A stretch of 63,441 nt of DNA, the filler included. It is 23 parts of 23 records of this genome, joined end to end, with 100 filler letters (N's around TTAATTAATTAA, not from the genome) between each part and the next. Parts side by side here need not be neighbours in the genome. Positions count along the whole stretch, not along the records: positions 49,454 to 52,739 come from SRR11831580_6070; positions 52,840 to 54,862 come from SRR11831580_6085; positions 54,963 to 57,694 come from SRR11831580_6086; positions 57,795 to 60,391 come from SRR11831580_6097; positions 60,492 to 63,441 come from SRR11831580_6185; 18 more parts are not named here. The stretch is one strand, 5' to 3'. This document shows, piece by piece, positions 49,454 through 60,568 of this stretch (positions are counted from its first letter, which is position 1; every line of letters begins with the position of its first letter). A model generated the notes under the pieces. It was not told the DNA's origin and did not search any database. It saw only the letters and a list, made by a program, of their open reading frames with translations. Position numbers and translations under genes: made by a program.

Positions 49454-50710
49454 GGGGATCATGGCTGAAAGATACCCGGCAGTGGAGGCCAGGTTAGAGT
49501 ATTTCAGCTGTATCTGAGAGAGTTCAGACAACACGACCGGCGCACCATTCTGTTTCGCATAGAATGTCATGGCACTGTTCAGAATGGCATACAACAACGG
49601 CCAGGTCTGCAGCCACATCAGGGCAAACACATACCCCTTTAATACAGACAATGTCAGCTTGTTAAAGACAGCCGCCAGTATCAGGAGCGGGAATATACCA
49701 ATGGCAATCCCCGTCAGGATAGTCTGGACCATCGGCAGGTTTCGCATAGTTACATGACCAATGGAGACATGTGCCAGACGTTGTTTCTCCATCGATGACG
49801 TGGTGGCCAGACTTACCAGGCTGGCGGTGTCACCGTTACGGGCTGCATTACTGGTGATACCCTCTTTCAGGGCATTCATGGTGACGTTCTGGCGCATAAT
49901 CTGGCTGGCAGACTGACTGGAGCCGTAGAAATAACTGTAACTGTCACTGACCAGTTGTCTGAATAACAGGTCCGGGTCCGGTCTGCCGCCAAATATCTGC
50001 TGCACATAATAATGCCAGGTCTTGCCTCCCGTCTTTGTATCGAGATTCAGCCTGTCTTTCAGCGTGACCGACGCATCCTTACAAGTTATGAAATTATTAT
50101 TGTTGTCATAAACGCCCCGTAGCGGGCTGGGGCGGGAAAAAATCAGCGTGTAGGGGTCAGCGGAGGCCATCAGGTCTTCCAGCGTGTATTTATGATTCAG
50201 GTAAATATCACCCAGCACGCAGTTCTGGACGTAGTCCTGGAACAGATTGATGATTTCCGGATTCCGGGACAGGAAATCGGTGCTTTTCACAATCAGATTC
50301 GCCCCGAACAGCATCCCCGTTTTGCTGTAGGTGACGCTGTCCGGTTGCGTGAAGATCATCTCGTAACTGGCCACCATTGCATGCCCGATACGGGTCGTCA
50401 GTGAAAGTGGCATCGCCAGACCGACCGGCACATTATCCACCCGGTGAACTTTGACCAGGTCACTGTTATCAATAATCTGCACCGATGTGCGGACATTAAC
50501 CAGCAGGCTGATAAGCACAAACACGGCCACCCAGCCCAGCAAATCCATCACGTTGTGCCGCTGTACCCACATTACGGCCACCGCGAGAACAGACAATGTG
50601 AGCGCAATTTTTTCAATGGAATCCCACGTCCAGGTTCCCATAAAGGCGGCAATGGCGTTCAGGTTATTCCGCAACCACTCACCACCGGCAATCACATAAA
50701 CTTCATTCAC
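49454..50710 (-). CDS. traG: F conjugation mating-pair stabilisation protein, 5' part
   Basis: NEVYVIAGGEWLRNNLNAIAAF; overlaps the traH stop. Confidence 0.96.
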
Positions 50711-52083
50711 AGCGTGCTCCCTCCGAAGTGATAGTTGTTCTGGTAACGACTGAGCATGCGGGCGGAAAGCTGCTGACGCATGTAGCTCATCTGACGATCG
50801 ACAACCAGCAGCGCATCCTGCTGTACCTGCACCTGTGACTGAAACGCCGCAATCTGCCGGGTGGCATCATTCATGTTGTCGTTAATATGCCCGATAACCG
50901 CTTCGTCATAATTTCCCGTGGCCACCATCGCCCGTGCCTGCTGTATCAGCTCCTGAATGTACTGCAGCAGGATGTCGTAACCGATATAGTCCGTCAGCTG
51001 GTAAATCATACTGTTGGAAACACCGAGCATCTGCGGGTCAACCAGGTATTTGAAGACGGGGATGGTGGTACTGGAAATAAAGCCTTTTTCCTTGTCATCC
51101 AGAGGCGTGTCACTGACAGCCTTGTTCTGAATGCTGGCCAGAAGTTTAGTAATCTGAGACTTCAGTGCATTATCCCGGCTGATGGTCACCGGTGTGTCTG
51201 CCACCACTTTCAGGCATTTATCAGAATCGTTGCAGTGAGAAATTTTTGCTGTGCCGCCTTCCATCATGGCCCGGATAATTGAACGGTCAGTGGTTCTGGC
51301 TGACAGCGGTGTGATTTCGCCGTTGGGACCAAACACCAGTGAGCCGGTCAGCGTCATCACAAACTCTTTCAGCTCTTTGTTGCCGTCAAACATTCTGTTT
51401 TTGGAAAGCGCATTCCACATGATGTTGATGTTTTTGGTCACCCGCTCCTTATCCTTGTCGCTGGCTTTATCCCTGACGCTGTCAGATTTCCCGCCAACGG
51501 TACATCCCTGCCGGGAAGCCGCCCAGTCAGCAAAAATATTGCTCTCACCGGCAATGTCCTGACAGACTTTTTGCTGGGACACCTGCGTCCGGGGGAAAAG
51601 CCCGCCGATAATCCCCTGTGCAGCCTGGCAGGAACTGAGGTTCATACTGTTAATGTCGCTTGCCATTTTCTGCAGGAAGTCTTTTGCGGTTTTTATTTCC
51701 GGCACCGTTGTCTGCAGGGCAAGGTCAAAAAAGTAACCGGCAGCATTGCTCATAATCTGCTTAACAAAACGCTGCAACTGCTCACCATTAATAAAACTGA
51801 ACGAGCCGAGATAGGCGTCGATGCCGCCACATCCAGCATTGATATCCGGCAGCGTCATGGAAATTAGCTGAACATTTTTGACCTGAGTACGGGCATACAG
51901 GGAGCCACCGTAAGCATAGCCGGCGGCCTGCCCCTGCCAGACGCCCGGCTGTGTGGTATTGGAAGCAAATCCCAGCTTATTAAAGAACTGATTCATGTCG
52001 CTGTTCACATCCGCTGACGCTGCAGGCGTCACCGTCAGTAAGGCGGCACAAAGAACCAGAAGAGGTTTAATGCGTGGCATCAT
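50707..52083 (-). CDS. traH: F pilus assembly protein
   Basis: Signal peptide, INAGCGGID motif; 458 aa. Confidence 0.97.
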   Translation of the reverse strand: MMPRIKPLLVLCAALLTVTPAASADVNSDMNQFFNKLGFASNTTQPGVWQGQAAGYAYGGSLYARTQVKNVQLISMTLPDINAGCGGIDAYLGSFSFINGEQLQRFVKQIMSNAAGYFFDLALQTTVPEIKTAKDFLQKMASDINSMNLSSCQAAQGIIGGLFPRTQVSQQKVCQDIAGESNIFADWAASRQGCTVGGKSDSVRDKASDKDKERVTKNINIMWNALSKNRMFDGNKELKEFVMTLTGSLVFGPNGEITPLSARTTDRSIIRAMMEGGTAKISHCNDSDKCLKVVADTPVTISRDNALKSQITKLLASIQNKAVSDTPLDDKEKGFISSTTIPVFKYLVDPQMLGVSNSMIYQLTDYIGYDILLQYIQELIQQARAMVATGNYDEAVIGHINDNMNDATRQIAAFQSQVQVQQDALLVVDRQMSYMRQQLSARMLSRYQNNYHFGGSTL

Positions 52084-52460
52084 TCTTGCCCTCCCTTAAT
52101 GTGTTCTCCCGGTGCATACGACATTTCAGCAGGAATATCTCGATATTTCCGTATATTAATTCGTACATTGGGGACAGAAAAAAATGTAACAAGAAACCCG
52201 GCTGCAAGCGCATATAACGTATACGGAATGGCATATATCAGGATATTCCACATATAACTCGAATTATTTAATTCCGGGTCCGCTTTCCACGAATCAATAC
52301 AGGCATCAAAAATAATATCCATAACTGTCCATAAAACAATTCCGGCAGTCAGGAATACCAGAGACAATCCAGCATACCTGCCAGTAATTCTGGAAATGTA
52401 TTTATAATCTCGTTCTGTACTTCTGATTTTGAGTTCAGGATTACTTTTATTTTCTCTCAT
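52080..52460 (-). CDS. trbF: F transfer-region membrane protein TrbF
   Basis: MRENKSNPELKIRS; lies between trbJ and traH. Confidence 0.85.
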   Translation of the reverse strand: MRENKSNPELKIRSTERDYKYISRITGRYAGLSLVFLTAGIVLWTVMDIIFDACIDSWKADPELNNSSYMWNILIYAIPYTLYALAAGFLVTFFSVPNVRINIRKYRDIPAEMSYAPGEHIKGGQE

Positions 52461-52728
52461 TATAAGTTCCCTCTGATATTTCCGATGATTCATTCAGACC
52501 GGTCATGCGGCTGTAATATATTTCAGACACCGAAATCCATCCCACAATTGCCCCCACAAAAAACACAACAGAAACAGAAAAGGTAAGACTCAGCGAAACG
52601 ACAATTTCTACAGGGCTGGCGGGATAAAAAAGCCCCTGACGGATAAAGGGGATATTCAGGCTGACGATTATTCCCGTCACGATGCCGGATATTCCGGCAA
52701 TGAGTAACACCACCTGCTTATTTCGCAC
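52447..52728 (-). CDS. trbJ: F transfer-region protein TrbJ
   Basis: RNKQVVLLIAGISG, two hydrophobic helices; F gene order. Confidence 0.85.
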   Translation of the reverse strand: MRNKQVVLLIAGISGIVTGIIVSLNIPFIRQGLFYPASPVEIVVSLSLTFSVSVVFFVGAIVGWISVSEIYYSRMTGLNESSEISEGTYNERK

Positions 52729-52839
52729 CTTTTTTTCCTNNNNNNNNNNNNNNNNNNNNNNNNNNNNNNNNNNNNNNNNNNNNTTAATTAATTAANNNNN
52801 NNNNNNNNNNNNNNNNNNNNNNNNNNNNNNNNNNNNNNN

Positions 52840-54046
52840 CCCGGAAAGCAAACAACTGGCGAATCAGGCAGATGTGCTGGTGCGGCTGGTTGATGAAATA
52901 CAGTTAGCGAACATGCTTGCGGATGATAGCTGGAAAAGTGAGACGGTGCTGTTCTCCGTGCAGGATTTAATTGATGAAGTTGTGCCTTCAGTGTTGCCTG
53001 CCATCAAGCGTAAAGGTCTGCAACTGCTGATTAACAATCATCTGAAAGCACACGATATGCGCCGCGGCGATCGCGATGCCTTACGACGTATTTTGCTGCT
53101 ACTGATGCAATATGCCGTGACCTCAACGCAATTGGGAAAAATCACCCTTGAGGTTGATCAGGATGAGTCCTCCGAAGACCGCCTGACGTTCCGCATTCTG
53201 GACACGGGAGAAGGCGTAAGTATTCATGAAATGGATAATTTGCACTTCCCGTTTATCAACCAGACCCAAAACGATCGCTATGGCAAGGCGGACCCGCTGG
53301 CATTCTGGCTGAGCGATCAACTGGCACGTAAACTGGGCGGTCATTTAAACATCAAAACGCGGGATGGGCTTGGTACACGCTACTCTGTGCATATCAAAAT
53401 GCTCGCAGCTGACCCGGAAGTTGAAGAGGAAGAAGAGCGTTTACTGGATGATGTCTGCGTAATGGTGGATGTTACTTCGGCAGAAATTCGGAATATTGTC
53501 ACTCGCCAGTTAGAAAATTGGGGTGCAACCTGTATCACACCCGATGAAAGATTAATTAGTCAAGATTATGATATCTTTTTAACGGATAATCCGTCTAATC
53601 TTACTGCCTCTGGCTTGCTTTTAAGCGATGATGAGTCTGGCGTACGGGAAATTGGGCCTGGTCAATTGTGCGTCAACTTCAATATGAGCAACGCTATGCA
53701 GGAAGCGGTCTTACAATTAATTGAAGTGCAACTGGCGCAGGAAGAGGTGACAGAATCGCCTCTGGGCGGAGATGAAAATGCGCAACTCCATGCCAGCGGC
53801 TATTATGCGCTCTTTGTAGACACAGTACCGGATGATGTTAAGAGGCTGTATACTGAAGCAGCAACCAGTGACTTTGCTGCGTTAGCCCAAACGGCTCATC
53901 GTCTTAAAGGCGTATTTGCCATGCTAAATCTGGTACCCGGCAAGCAGTTATGTGAAACGCTGGAACATCTGATTCGTGAGAAGGATGTTCCAGGAATAGA
54001 AAAATACATCAGCGACATTGACAGTTATGTCAAGAGCTTGCTGTAG
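52840..54046 (+). CDS. rcsD: Phosphotransferase RcsD, 3' part
   Basis: HPt motif AHRLKGVFAML; upstream of rcsB. Confidence 0.97.
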
Positions 54047-54062
54047 CAAGGTAGCCTATTAC

Positions 54063-54713
54063 ATGAACAATATGAACGTAATTATTGCCGATGACCATCC
54101 GATAGTCTTGTTCGGTATTCGCAAATCACTTGAGCAAATTGAGTGGGTGAATGTTGTCGGCGAATTTGAAGACTCTACAGCACTGATCAACAACCTGCCG
54201 AAACTGGATGCGCATGTGTTGATTACCGATCTCTCCATGCCTGGCGATAAGTACGGCGATGGCATTACCTTAATCAAGTACATCAAGCGCCATTTCCCAA
54301 GCCTGTCGATCATTGTTCTGACTATGAACAACAACCCGGCGATTCTTAGTGCGGTATTGGATCTGGATATCGAAGGGATCGTGCTGAAACAAGGTGCACC
54401 GACCGATCTGCCGAAAGCTCTCGCCGCGCTGCAGAAAGGGAAGAAATTTACCCCGGAAAGCGTTTCTCGCCTGTTGGAAAAAATCAGTGCTGGTGGTTAC
54501 GGTGACAAGCGTCTCTCGCCAAAAGAGAGTGAAGTTCTGCGCCTGTTTGCGGAAGGCTTCCTGGTGACCGAGATCGCTAAAAAGCTGAACCGCAGTATTA
54601 AAACCATCAGTAGCCAGAAGAAATCTGCGATGATGAAGCTGGGTGTCGAGAACGATATCGCCCTGCTGAATTATCTCTCTTCAGTGACCTTAAGTCCGGC
54701 AGATAAAGACTAA
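54063..54713 (+). CDS. rcsB: Response regulator RcsB
   Basis: MNNMNVIIADDHPIV, LuxR-type HTH. Confidence 0.99.
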   Translation: MNNMNVIIADDHPIVLFGIRKSLEQIEWVNVVGEFEDSTALINNLPKLDAHVLITDLSMPGDKYGDGITLIKYIKRHFPSLSIIVLTMNNNPAILSAVLDLDIEGIVLKQGAPTDLPKALAALQKGKKFTPESVSRLLEKISAGGYGDKRLSPKESEVLRLFAEGFLVTEIAKKLNRSIKTISSQKKSAMMKLGVENDIALLNYLSSVTLSPADKD

Positions 54714-54718
54714 TCACC

Positions 54719-54862
54719 TGTAGGCCAGATAAGACGCGTTAGTGTCTTATCTGGCATTTGCACCGATTGCCGGATGCGCGTAAACGCCTTATCCGGCCTA
54801 CGATTCCCATTATTTCAACAAATTACATTAAAGTAGGCCAGATAAGACGCGTCAGCGTCGCA
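54719..54862. repeat. REP/BIME cluster
   Basis: Three REP-like units (GTAGGCCAGATAAGACGCG twice; TGCCGGATGCGCGTAAACGCCTTATCCGGCCTAC). Confidence 0.9.
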
Positions 54863-55014
54863 NNNNNNNNNNNNNNNNNNNNNNNNNNNNNNNNNNNNNN
54901 NNNNNNTTAATTAATTAANNNNNNNNNNNNNNNNNNNNNNNNNNNNNNNNNNNNNNNNNNNNACCTGCTATTGTGCTGAACAGAATGTCTTAACTGATTT
55001 CAGGAGTTGTAAGT

Positions 55015-55656
55015 ATGTTTACGGGGATTGTACAGGGCACCGCAAAACTGGTGTCGATTGACGAGAAACCAAATTTTCGTACGCATGTGGTGAAGTTACC
55101 CGACCACATGCTGGACGGCCTGGAAACCGGTGCTTCCGTGGCGCATAACGGTTGCTGCCTGACCGTGACGGAAATTAACGGCAACCATGTCAGTTTTGAC
55201 CTGATGAAAGAAACGTTACGCATTACCAATCTTGGCGATTTAAAAGTGGGGGATTGGGTAAACGTTGAGCGTGCGGCGAAATTCAGTGATGAAATTGGCG
55301 GACACTTAATGTCAGGTCATATTATGACCACTGCTGAAGTGGCGAAAATATTAACCTCAGAAAATAATCGCCAGATCTGGTTTAAAGTCCAGGATAGTCA
55401 GTTGATGAAATATATTCTGTACAAAGGATTTATTGGCATCGACGGTATTAGCCTGACCGTCGGCGAAGTCACGCCAACGCGTTTTTGCGTCCATTTAATT
55501 CCGGAAACACTGGAACGCACGACTCTTGGGAAGAAAAAACTTGGCGCACGCGTCAACATTGAAATCGATCCACAAACTCAGGCAGTGGTAGATACGGTAG
55601 AACGTGTGCTGGCGGCACGAGAAAATGCCATGAATCAACCAGGCACAGAAGCCTGA
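55015..55656 (+). CDS. ribC: Riboflavin synthase
   Basis: MFTGIV N-terminal signature; 213 aa. Confidence 0.98.
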   Translation: MFTGIVQGTAKLVSIDEKPNFRTHVVKLPDHMLDGLETGASVAHNGCCLTVTEINGNHVSFDLMKETLRITNLGDLKVGDWVNVERAAKFSDEIGGHLMSGHIMTTAEVAKILTSENNRQIWFKVQDSQLMKYILYKGFIGIDGISLTVGEVTPTRFCVHLIPETLERTTLGKKKLGARVNIEIDPQTQAVVDTVERVLAARENAMNQPGTEA

Positions 55657-55662
55657 TCTGAA

Positions 55663-55685
55663 ATCGCCCCCGGAGAGGGGGCGAT
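55663..55685. terminator. Hairpin between convergent ribC and cfa
   Basis: ATCGCCCCC-GGAGA-GGGGGCGAT. Confidence 0.7.
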
Positions 55686-55695
55686 AGAATAGCCT

Positions 55696-56844
55696 TTAGC
55701 GAGCCACTCGAAGGCCGTTTTCAACACCGCGTGAGAACACGACCTGCCAGAGCTGAATATCACGGGCGCGGAAAGCACCTGCACAGGCATTCAGATAATA
55801 GGTAAACATTCGTTTAAAGCGTTCACTATAGTTATCCGCAATTTCTGGCCATGCGGCGAGGAATCGTTCATACCACGCCATCAACGTAGTATCGTAATCA
55901 GCACCGAAGTTATGCCAGTCTTCCATCACAAAGTGGGGTTCGCTGGACTGAGCAATCTGGCGTACAGAGGGCAGGCAACCGTTCGGAAAAATATATTTAT
56001 TAATCCAGGGATCAACATTCAGATCGGTTTTTTTCGAACCGATAGTATGGAGCAGGAATATGCCTTCCGGTTTCAAATTACGATCCACCACCGCAAAATA
56101 GGTATCGTAATTTTTCGGTCCGACGTGCTCGAACATCCCCACAGAAACAATACGATCAAACTGGTCGTTCAGGTCACGATAATCTTGCAGCAAAATGGTG
56201 ACATCCAGGCCTTCACAGCGTTCCTGAGCCATTTTTTGCTGTTCGGCAGAAATGGTGACGCCCACCACGCTTACGTCATAATTAGATGCCATGTAGTGTG
56301 CCAGTCCGCCCCAGCCGCAGCCAATATCCAGTACGCGCATCCCTGGTTTTAACTGCAATTTTTCACAAATCATTTTGAGCTTCGCCTGCTGGGCAGATTC
56401 CAGATTATCGGCATCTTTCCAGTAAGCGCAGGAATATTGCATGAAGGGATCAAGCATGCGGCTGAACAAGTCATTACCCAAATCGTAATGCTCTTTGCCG
56501 ACTATCCAGGCACGTTTTTTACTCTGCAGATTGAAGAGACGAGCGCCGGCAATACGCAGCGTGTCTTTGAAATGATGGGGGAGTTGGTTCTCGAGACCTG
56601 CGCGTAAGACTTTGCTAAAAAACATATCCAGTCGGTCACATTCCCACCAGCCATCCATATAACTTTCGCCTAACCCCAAAGAGCCTTCTTGCAGAACGCG
56701 TTTAAAAAAATCGGGGTTTTTCACACGAATATCCGCCGGGGCAGAACCGTTAATGGCTATACCGGCACGGCTAAGTAATTCGTTGGCGATACGGTACCAG
56801 TTGTCATCCGGTACACTGACTTCTTCTATACACGATGAACTCAT
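55696..56844 (-). CDS. cfa: Cyclopropane fatty acyl phospholipid synthase
   Basis: VLDIGCGWGG SAM motif; 382 aa. Confidence 0.99.
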   Translation of the reverse strand: MSSSCIEEVSVPDDNWYRIANELLSRAGIAINGSAPADIRVKNPDFFKRVLQEGSLGLGESYMDGWWECDRLDMFFSKVLRAGLENQLPHHFKDTLRIAGARLFNLQSKKRAWIVGKEHYDLGNDLFSRMLDPFMQYSCAYWKDADNLESAQQAKLKMICEKLQLKPGMRVLDIGCGWGGLAHYMASNYDVSVVGVTISAEQQKMAQERCEGLDVTILLQDYRDLNDQFDRIVSVGMFEHVGPKNYDTYFAVVDRNLKPEGIFLLHTIGSKKTDLNVDPWINKYIFPNGCLPSVRQIAQSSEPHFVMEDWHNFGADYDTTLMAWYERFLAAWPEIADNYSERFKRMFTYYLNACAGAFRARDIQLWQVVFSRGVENGLRVAR

Positions 56845-57134
56845 AGTTTCTCCATCACTGGTCGGTGATCAGAACCTTAAAACAGCGTAGACGCTTTTTG
56901 GGCTTTGTGAGAAATCTCGCAGAAAAAACCGCGAGTCTATAATCCGACGTAGAACAGAGGGAAAGGAGGAACCCTTGCCGAAATGACTATCCATAGTGAG
57001 TCGGGAACGATCCTGTCCCCGTAAAAACATAATATTTATCGTAGCTTTAACAACTCGAAATTAGTATAGGCCGCTAATTTCAATCATACAACAAAATTTT
57101 GTTAGCAGCCTAAGTATAAGTATATCGATATAGA

Positions 57135-57694
57135 TCAGTGTGATTCGCTATGAGCGACTTCGGCATTGCCATGATTCTGGCAGCCAACTTCTTCACAACG
57201 TTGCATCATGTAACCCAGCGCGACCAGCACTACTGTTGATAACATCACGCTGGTGGTGGTGAGCAATGGCGTGCTGATACTGATCAGCCAGGAAACTACC
57301 AGACTTGCGAGGAAGCACAGACCCAGTTGAAGAGTGTTCTGCAACGCTGCGGCGCGACCAGTTGCGTGTGGGAAGGGACGCAGCGCCTGGGCGACAACAA
57401 TAGGGTAGATCGCGCCATTGGCAATCGCCATCACACAGAATGGGATCAGGATTTCGACCAGCGACACATGGCTAATGAAGCCCGCAGCCCAGGTCGCAAT
57501 GACGCTGACAGCAAACAGCACCAGCAACCACGGTAATAACTGCTTGCCTTGCCATTTCTGCAGCGCGGCGCGACAGCCATAACCACCAATCAGAAACGCG
57601 ATAGTTTGCGGGACATAACTTAAACCAATAACTGCCGGGCTGTAGCCCATTTCACTAAGGATGAACGGTGAACCGGTCAGCCATGCAAAAAAAC
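57135..57694 (-). CDS. ydhC: Bcr/CflA-family MFS transporter (YdhC/PunC), 3' part
   Basis: Hydrophobic MFS helices; upstream of cfa as in E. coli. Confidence 0.9.
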
Positions 57695-57794
57695 NNNNNN
57701 NNNNNNNNNNNNNNNNNNNNNNNNNNNNNNNNNNNNNNTTAATTAATTAANNNNNNNNNNNNNNNNNNNNNNNNNNNNNNNNNNNNNNNNNNNN

Positions 57795-58823
57795 TTTATG
57801 GCGGGCCAAAAAACGGTCATGGCGGTCGTTTTTGCGTTTGCCTGCGCAGGCTTGCTGATCTCTTTCATCCTGCCGCAAAAATGGACCAGCGCGGCGGTTG
57901 TCACGCCTCCAGAACCTGTTCAGTGGCAAGAGTTGGAGAAATCATTCACTAAGCTTCGTGTGCTGGATCTGGATATCAAAATTGATCGTACAGAAGCATT
58001 TAACCTGTTTATCAAGAAGTTTCAGTCGGTTAGCTTGCTGGAAGAGTACCTGCGTTCATCACCTTATGTGATGGACCAATTAAAAGAGGCGAAAATCGAC
58101 GAACTGGATTTGCATCGCGCAATTGTCGCATTGAGCGAAAAAATGAAAGCGGTTGATGACAATGCCAGTAAGAAAAAAGATGAACCGTCACTGTATACCT
58201 CCTGGACGCTAAGTTTTACCGCGCCAACCAGTGAAGAGGCGCAGACCGTTTTGAGCGGGTATATCGATTATATCTCTACGTTGGTGGTGAAAGAGTCGCT
58301 AGAAAACGTCCGTAATAAACTGGAGATCAAAACCCAGTTTGAAAAAGAAAAACTGGCTCAGGATCGCATTAAAACGAAAAATCAACTTGATGCAAACATT
58401 CAGCGCCTCAATTATTCACTCGACATTGCCAACGCGGCAGGAATTAAAAAGCCCGTTTACAGTAATGGTCAGGCCGTTAAAGATGACCCCGATTTTTCTA
58501 TTTCTCTCGGTGCAGACGGTATTGAACGCAAACTGGAAATAGAAAAAGCGGTCACTGACGTTGCGGAACTGAACGGTGAATTACGTAATCGGCAGTATCT
58601 TGTCGAGCAATTAACAAAAGCACATGTCAACGATGTGAATTTTACGCCGTTTAAATATCAGTTAAGCCCGTCATTGCCAGTGAAAAAAGACGGTCCGGGT
58701 AAGGCGATTATTGTGATCCTTTCCGCGTTGATCGGCGGGATGGTGGCTTGTGGTGGCGTGCTGTTGCGCTATGCGATGGCATCCAGAAAACAGGATGCCA
58801 TGATGGCAGACCACTTAGTTTAA
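57795..58823 (+). CDS. fepE: Polysaccharide co-polymerase FepE, 5' truncated
   Basis: Wzz-like PVKKDGPGK plus TM; convergent on fepC. Confidence 0.96.
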   Translation, partial: FMAGQKTVMAVVFAFACAGLLISFILPQKWTSAAVVTPPEPVQWQELEKSFTKLRVLDLDIKIDRTEAFNLFIKKFQSVSLLEEYLRSSPYVMDQLKEAKIDELDLHRAIVALSEKMKAVDDNASKKKDEPSLYTSWTLSFTAPTSEEAQTVLSGYIDYISTLVVKESLENVRNKLEIKTQFEKEKLAQDRIKTKNQLDANIQRLNYSLDIANAAGIKKPVYSNGQAVKDDPDFSISLGADGIERKLEIEKAVTDVAELNGELRNRQYLVEQLTKAHVNDVNFTPFKYQLSPSLPVKKDGPGKAIIVILSALIGGMVACGGVLLRYAMASRKQDAMMADHLV

Positions 58824-59635
58824 CTATTTGCGGTTGAAGGTGCCGTTCGTCCGAGCGGCACCACAAGCGGCGTTCCGGCAACTGGATCGTCAATGATCAT
58901 GCAGCGCAGACCATAAATGCGCTCAATCAGTTCAGCAGTGACAATCTCCTTCGGCGCTCCCTGAGCAACAATTTTCCCTTCCCGCAATGCAATCAAATGG
59001 CTGGCGTAACGACAGGCCTGATTAAGATCGTGCAGCACCGCCGCCAGGGTATAGCCTTTTTCGCGGTTCAGTTCGCTTAACAACTCCAGCAAATCAATCT
59101 GATGACTGATATCCAGCCAGGTCGTGGGTTCGTCGAGCAGCATAATTGCCGTTTCCTGGGCCAGCACCATCGCGATCCACGCTCGCTGGCGTTGTCCGCC
59201 AGAAAGGGTATCCACGCTTTGATCTGCCAGATGAGTTATTCCCGTGGCCTGCATTGCTTTCGTTACCGCTTCTTCATCCTCTTTGCGCCAGCGGGTAAAC
59301 AGCGGTTGATGCGGATAACGTCCACGCGCCACCAGCTCCTGCACGGTGATATCGCCCGGCGTGGTAGCATTTTGCGCCAACAGACCAATCCGGCGTGCAA
59401 CCTCTTTACTGGCGTAATGTTGAATGTGCTCGCCATCCAGCCAGACATGCCCATGAGCAGGCGTCATCAGGCGGCTTAAGGTACGCAGTAACGTGGATTT
59501 ACCGCAGCCATTTGGCCCGATAATTGCCGTGAAGTGACCATCAGGTATTTCTACAGTCAGATTTTCCGCAACGGTATATTTGCCATATCCCAGGGTTAAC
59601 TGTTCGCCGCGCAAACGGGCTACTGATTCGGTCAT
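58820..59635 (-). CDS. fepC: Ferric enterobactin ABC ATPase
   Basis: GPNGCGKS, LSGGQ and LLDEPT motifs. Confidence 0.97.
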   Translation of the reverse strand: MTESVARLRGEQLTLGYGKYTVAENLTVEIPDGHFTAIIGPNGCGKSTLLRTLSRLMTPAHGHVWLDGEHIQHYASKEVARRIGLLAQNATTPGDITVQELVARGRYPHQPLFTRWRKEDEEAVTKAMQATGITHLADQSVDTLSGGQRQRAWIAMVLAQETAIMLLDEPTTWLDISHQIDLLELLSELNREKGYTLAAVLHDLNQACRYASHLIALREGKIVAQGAPKEIVTAELIERIYGLRCMIIDDPVAGTPLVVPLGRTAPSTANS

Positions 59636-60391
59636 TTTTTGCGAGACTCCTGAATTAACAAGACGATAAGGTAAATACCGCCGAGGCTGACGGTAACGAC
59701 GCCAACCGGAAGTTGATACGGCATAAACAGTTGTTGGGCGCAGAGATCGGCCGCCAGCAGTAACAGCGCCCCGCATAGCGCCGCCTGGGTTAGCCCCCAG
59801 CGAGCGGTGCCGCTAATGCGTCGGGCAATGTGCGGTGCGACTAAAGCAATAAAGGAAATCGGCCCGGCAAGCGCTGTTGCCGCAGCGGTAAGCACCACTG
59901 CAACCAGCATCATTAACAGACGCGAACGTTCGACGCTGACGCCCAGCGCACACGCGGTATCATCGCCCATTTCCAGCAAGCGCATCCGGCGTACCAGTAA
60001 GGCGGCGGCAATGAGCATCAATATAATGATGGGTGCGGAAGGCGAGGTTTTTGCCCACGTCAGGCCGTTGAGCGATCCGGCATTCCACAAACCTGCTGTT
60101 AGCGCCGTTTCTAAAGACGCTTTCAGCAACAGCCAGGTATTAAAGGCCACCAGCATGGCGCGAACGCCGATACCGATAATAATCAACCGAAAGGTGTCGA
60201 TGCCGTTGCGCCAGGCGAGCAGCCAGACCAGCAGCGAAGTGACAATGCCGCCCACCATTGCTGACAGCGCGATAGCCGTCAGGTCCTGACCAAACAGCAC
60301 CATCGCCACCAGCACGCCGCTCCACGCCCCGGTGTTAAAGCCCATTACGTCAGGGCTGCCGAGCGGGTTACGCATCAGCGACTGAAAAATC
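59632..60391 (-). CDS. fepG: Ferric enterobactin permease, 3' part
   Basis: RNPLGSPD and GPISFIALVAPH FecCD motifs. Confidence 0.96.
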
Positions 60392-60501
60392 NNNNNNNNN
60401 NNNNNNNNNNNNNNNNNNNNNNNNNNNNNNNNNNNTTAATTAATTAANNNNNNNNNNNNNNNNNNNNNNNNNNNNNNNNNNNNNNNNNNNNACATAAAAT
60501 G

Positions 60502-60517
60502 TGGCATAAAAGATGCA
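60502..60517 (+). promoter_or_regulatory. Sigma-54 promoter of fdhF
   Basis: TGGCATAAAAGATGCA with GG-N10-GC (-24/-12) spacing. Confidence 0.85.
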
Positions 60518-60568
60518 TACTGTAGTCGAGAGCGCGTATGCGTGATTTGATTAACTGGAGCGAGACCG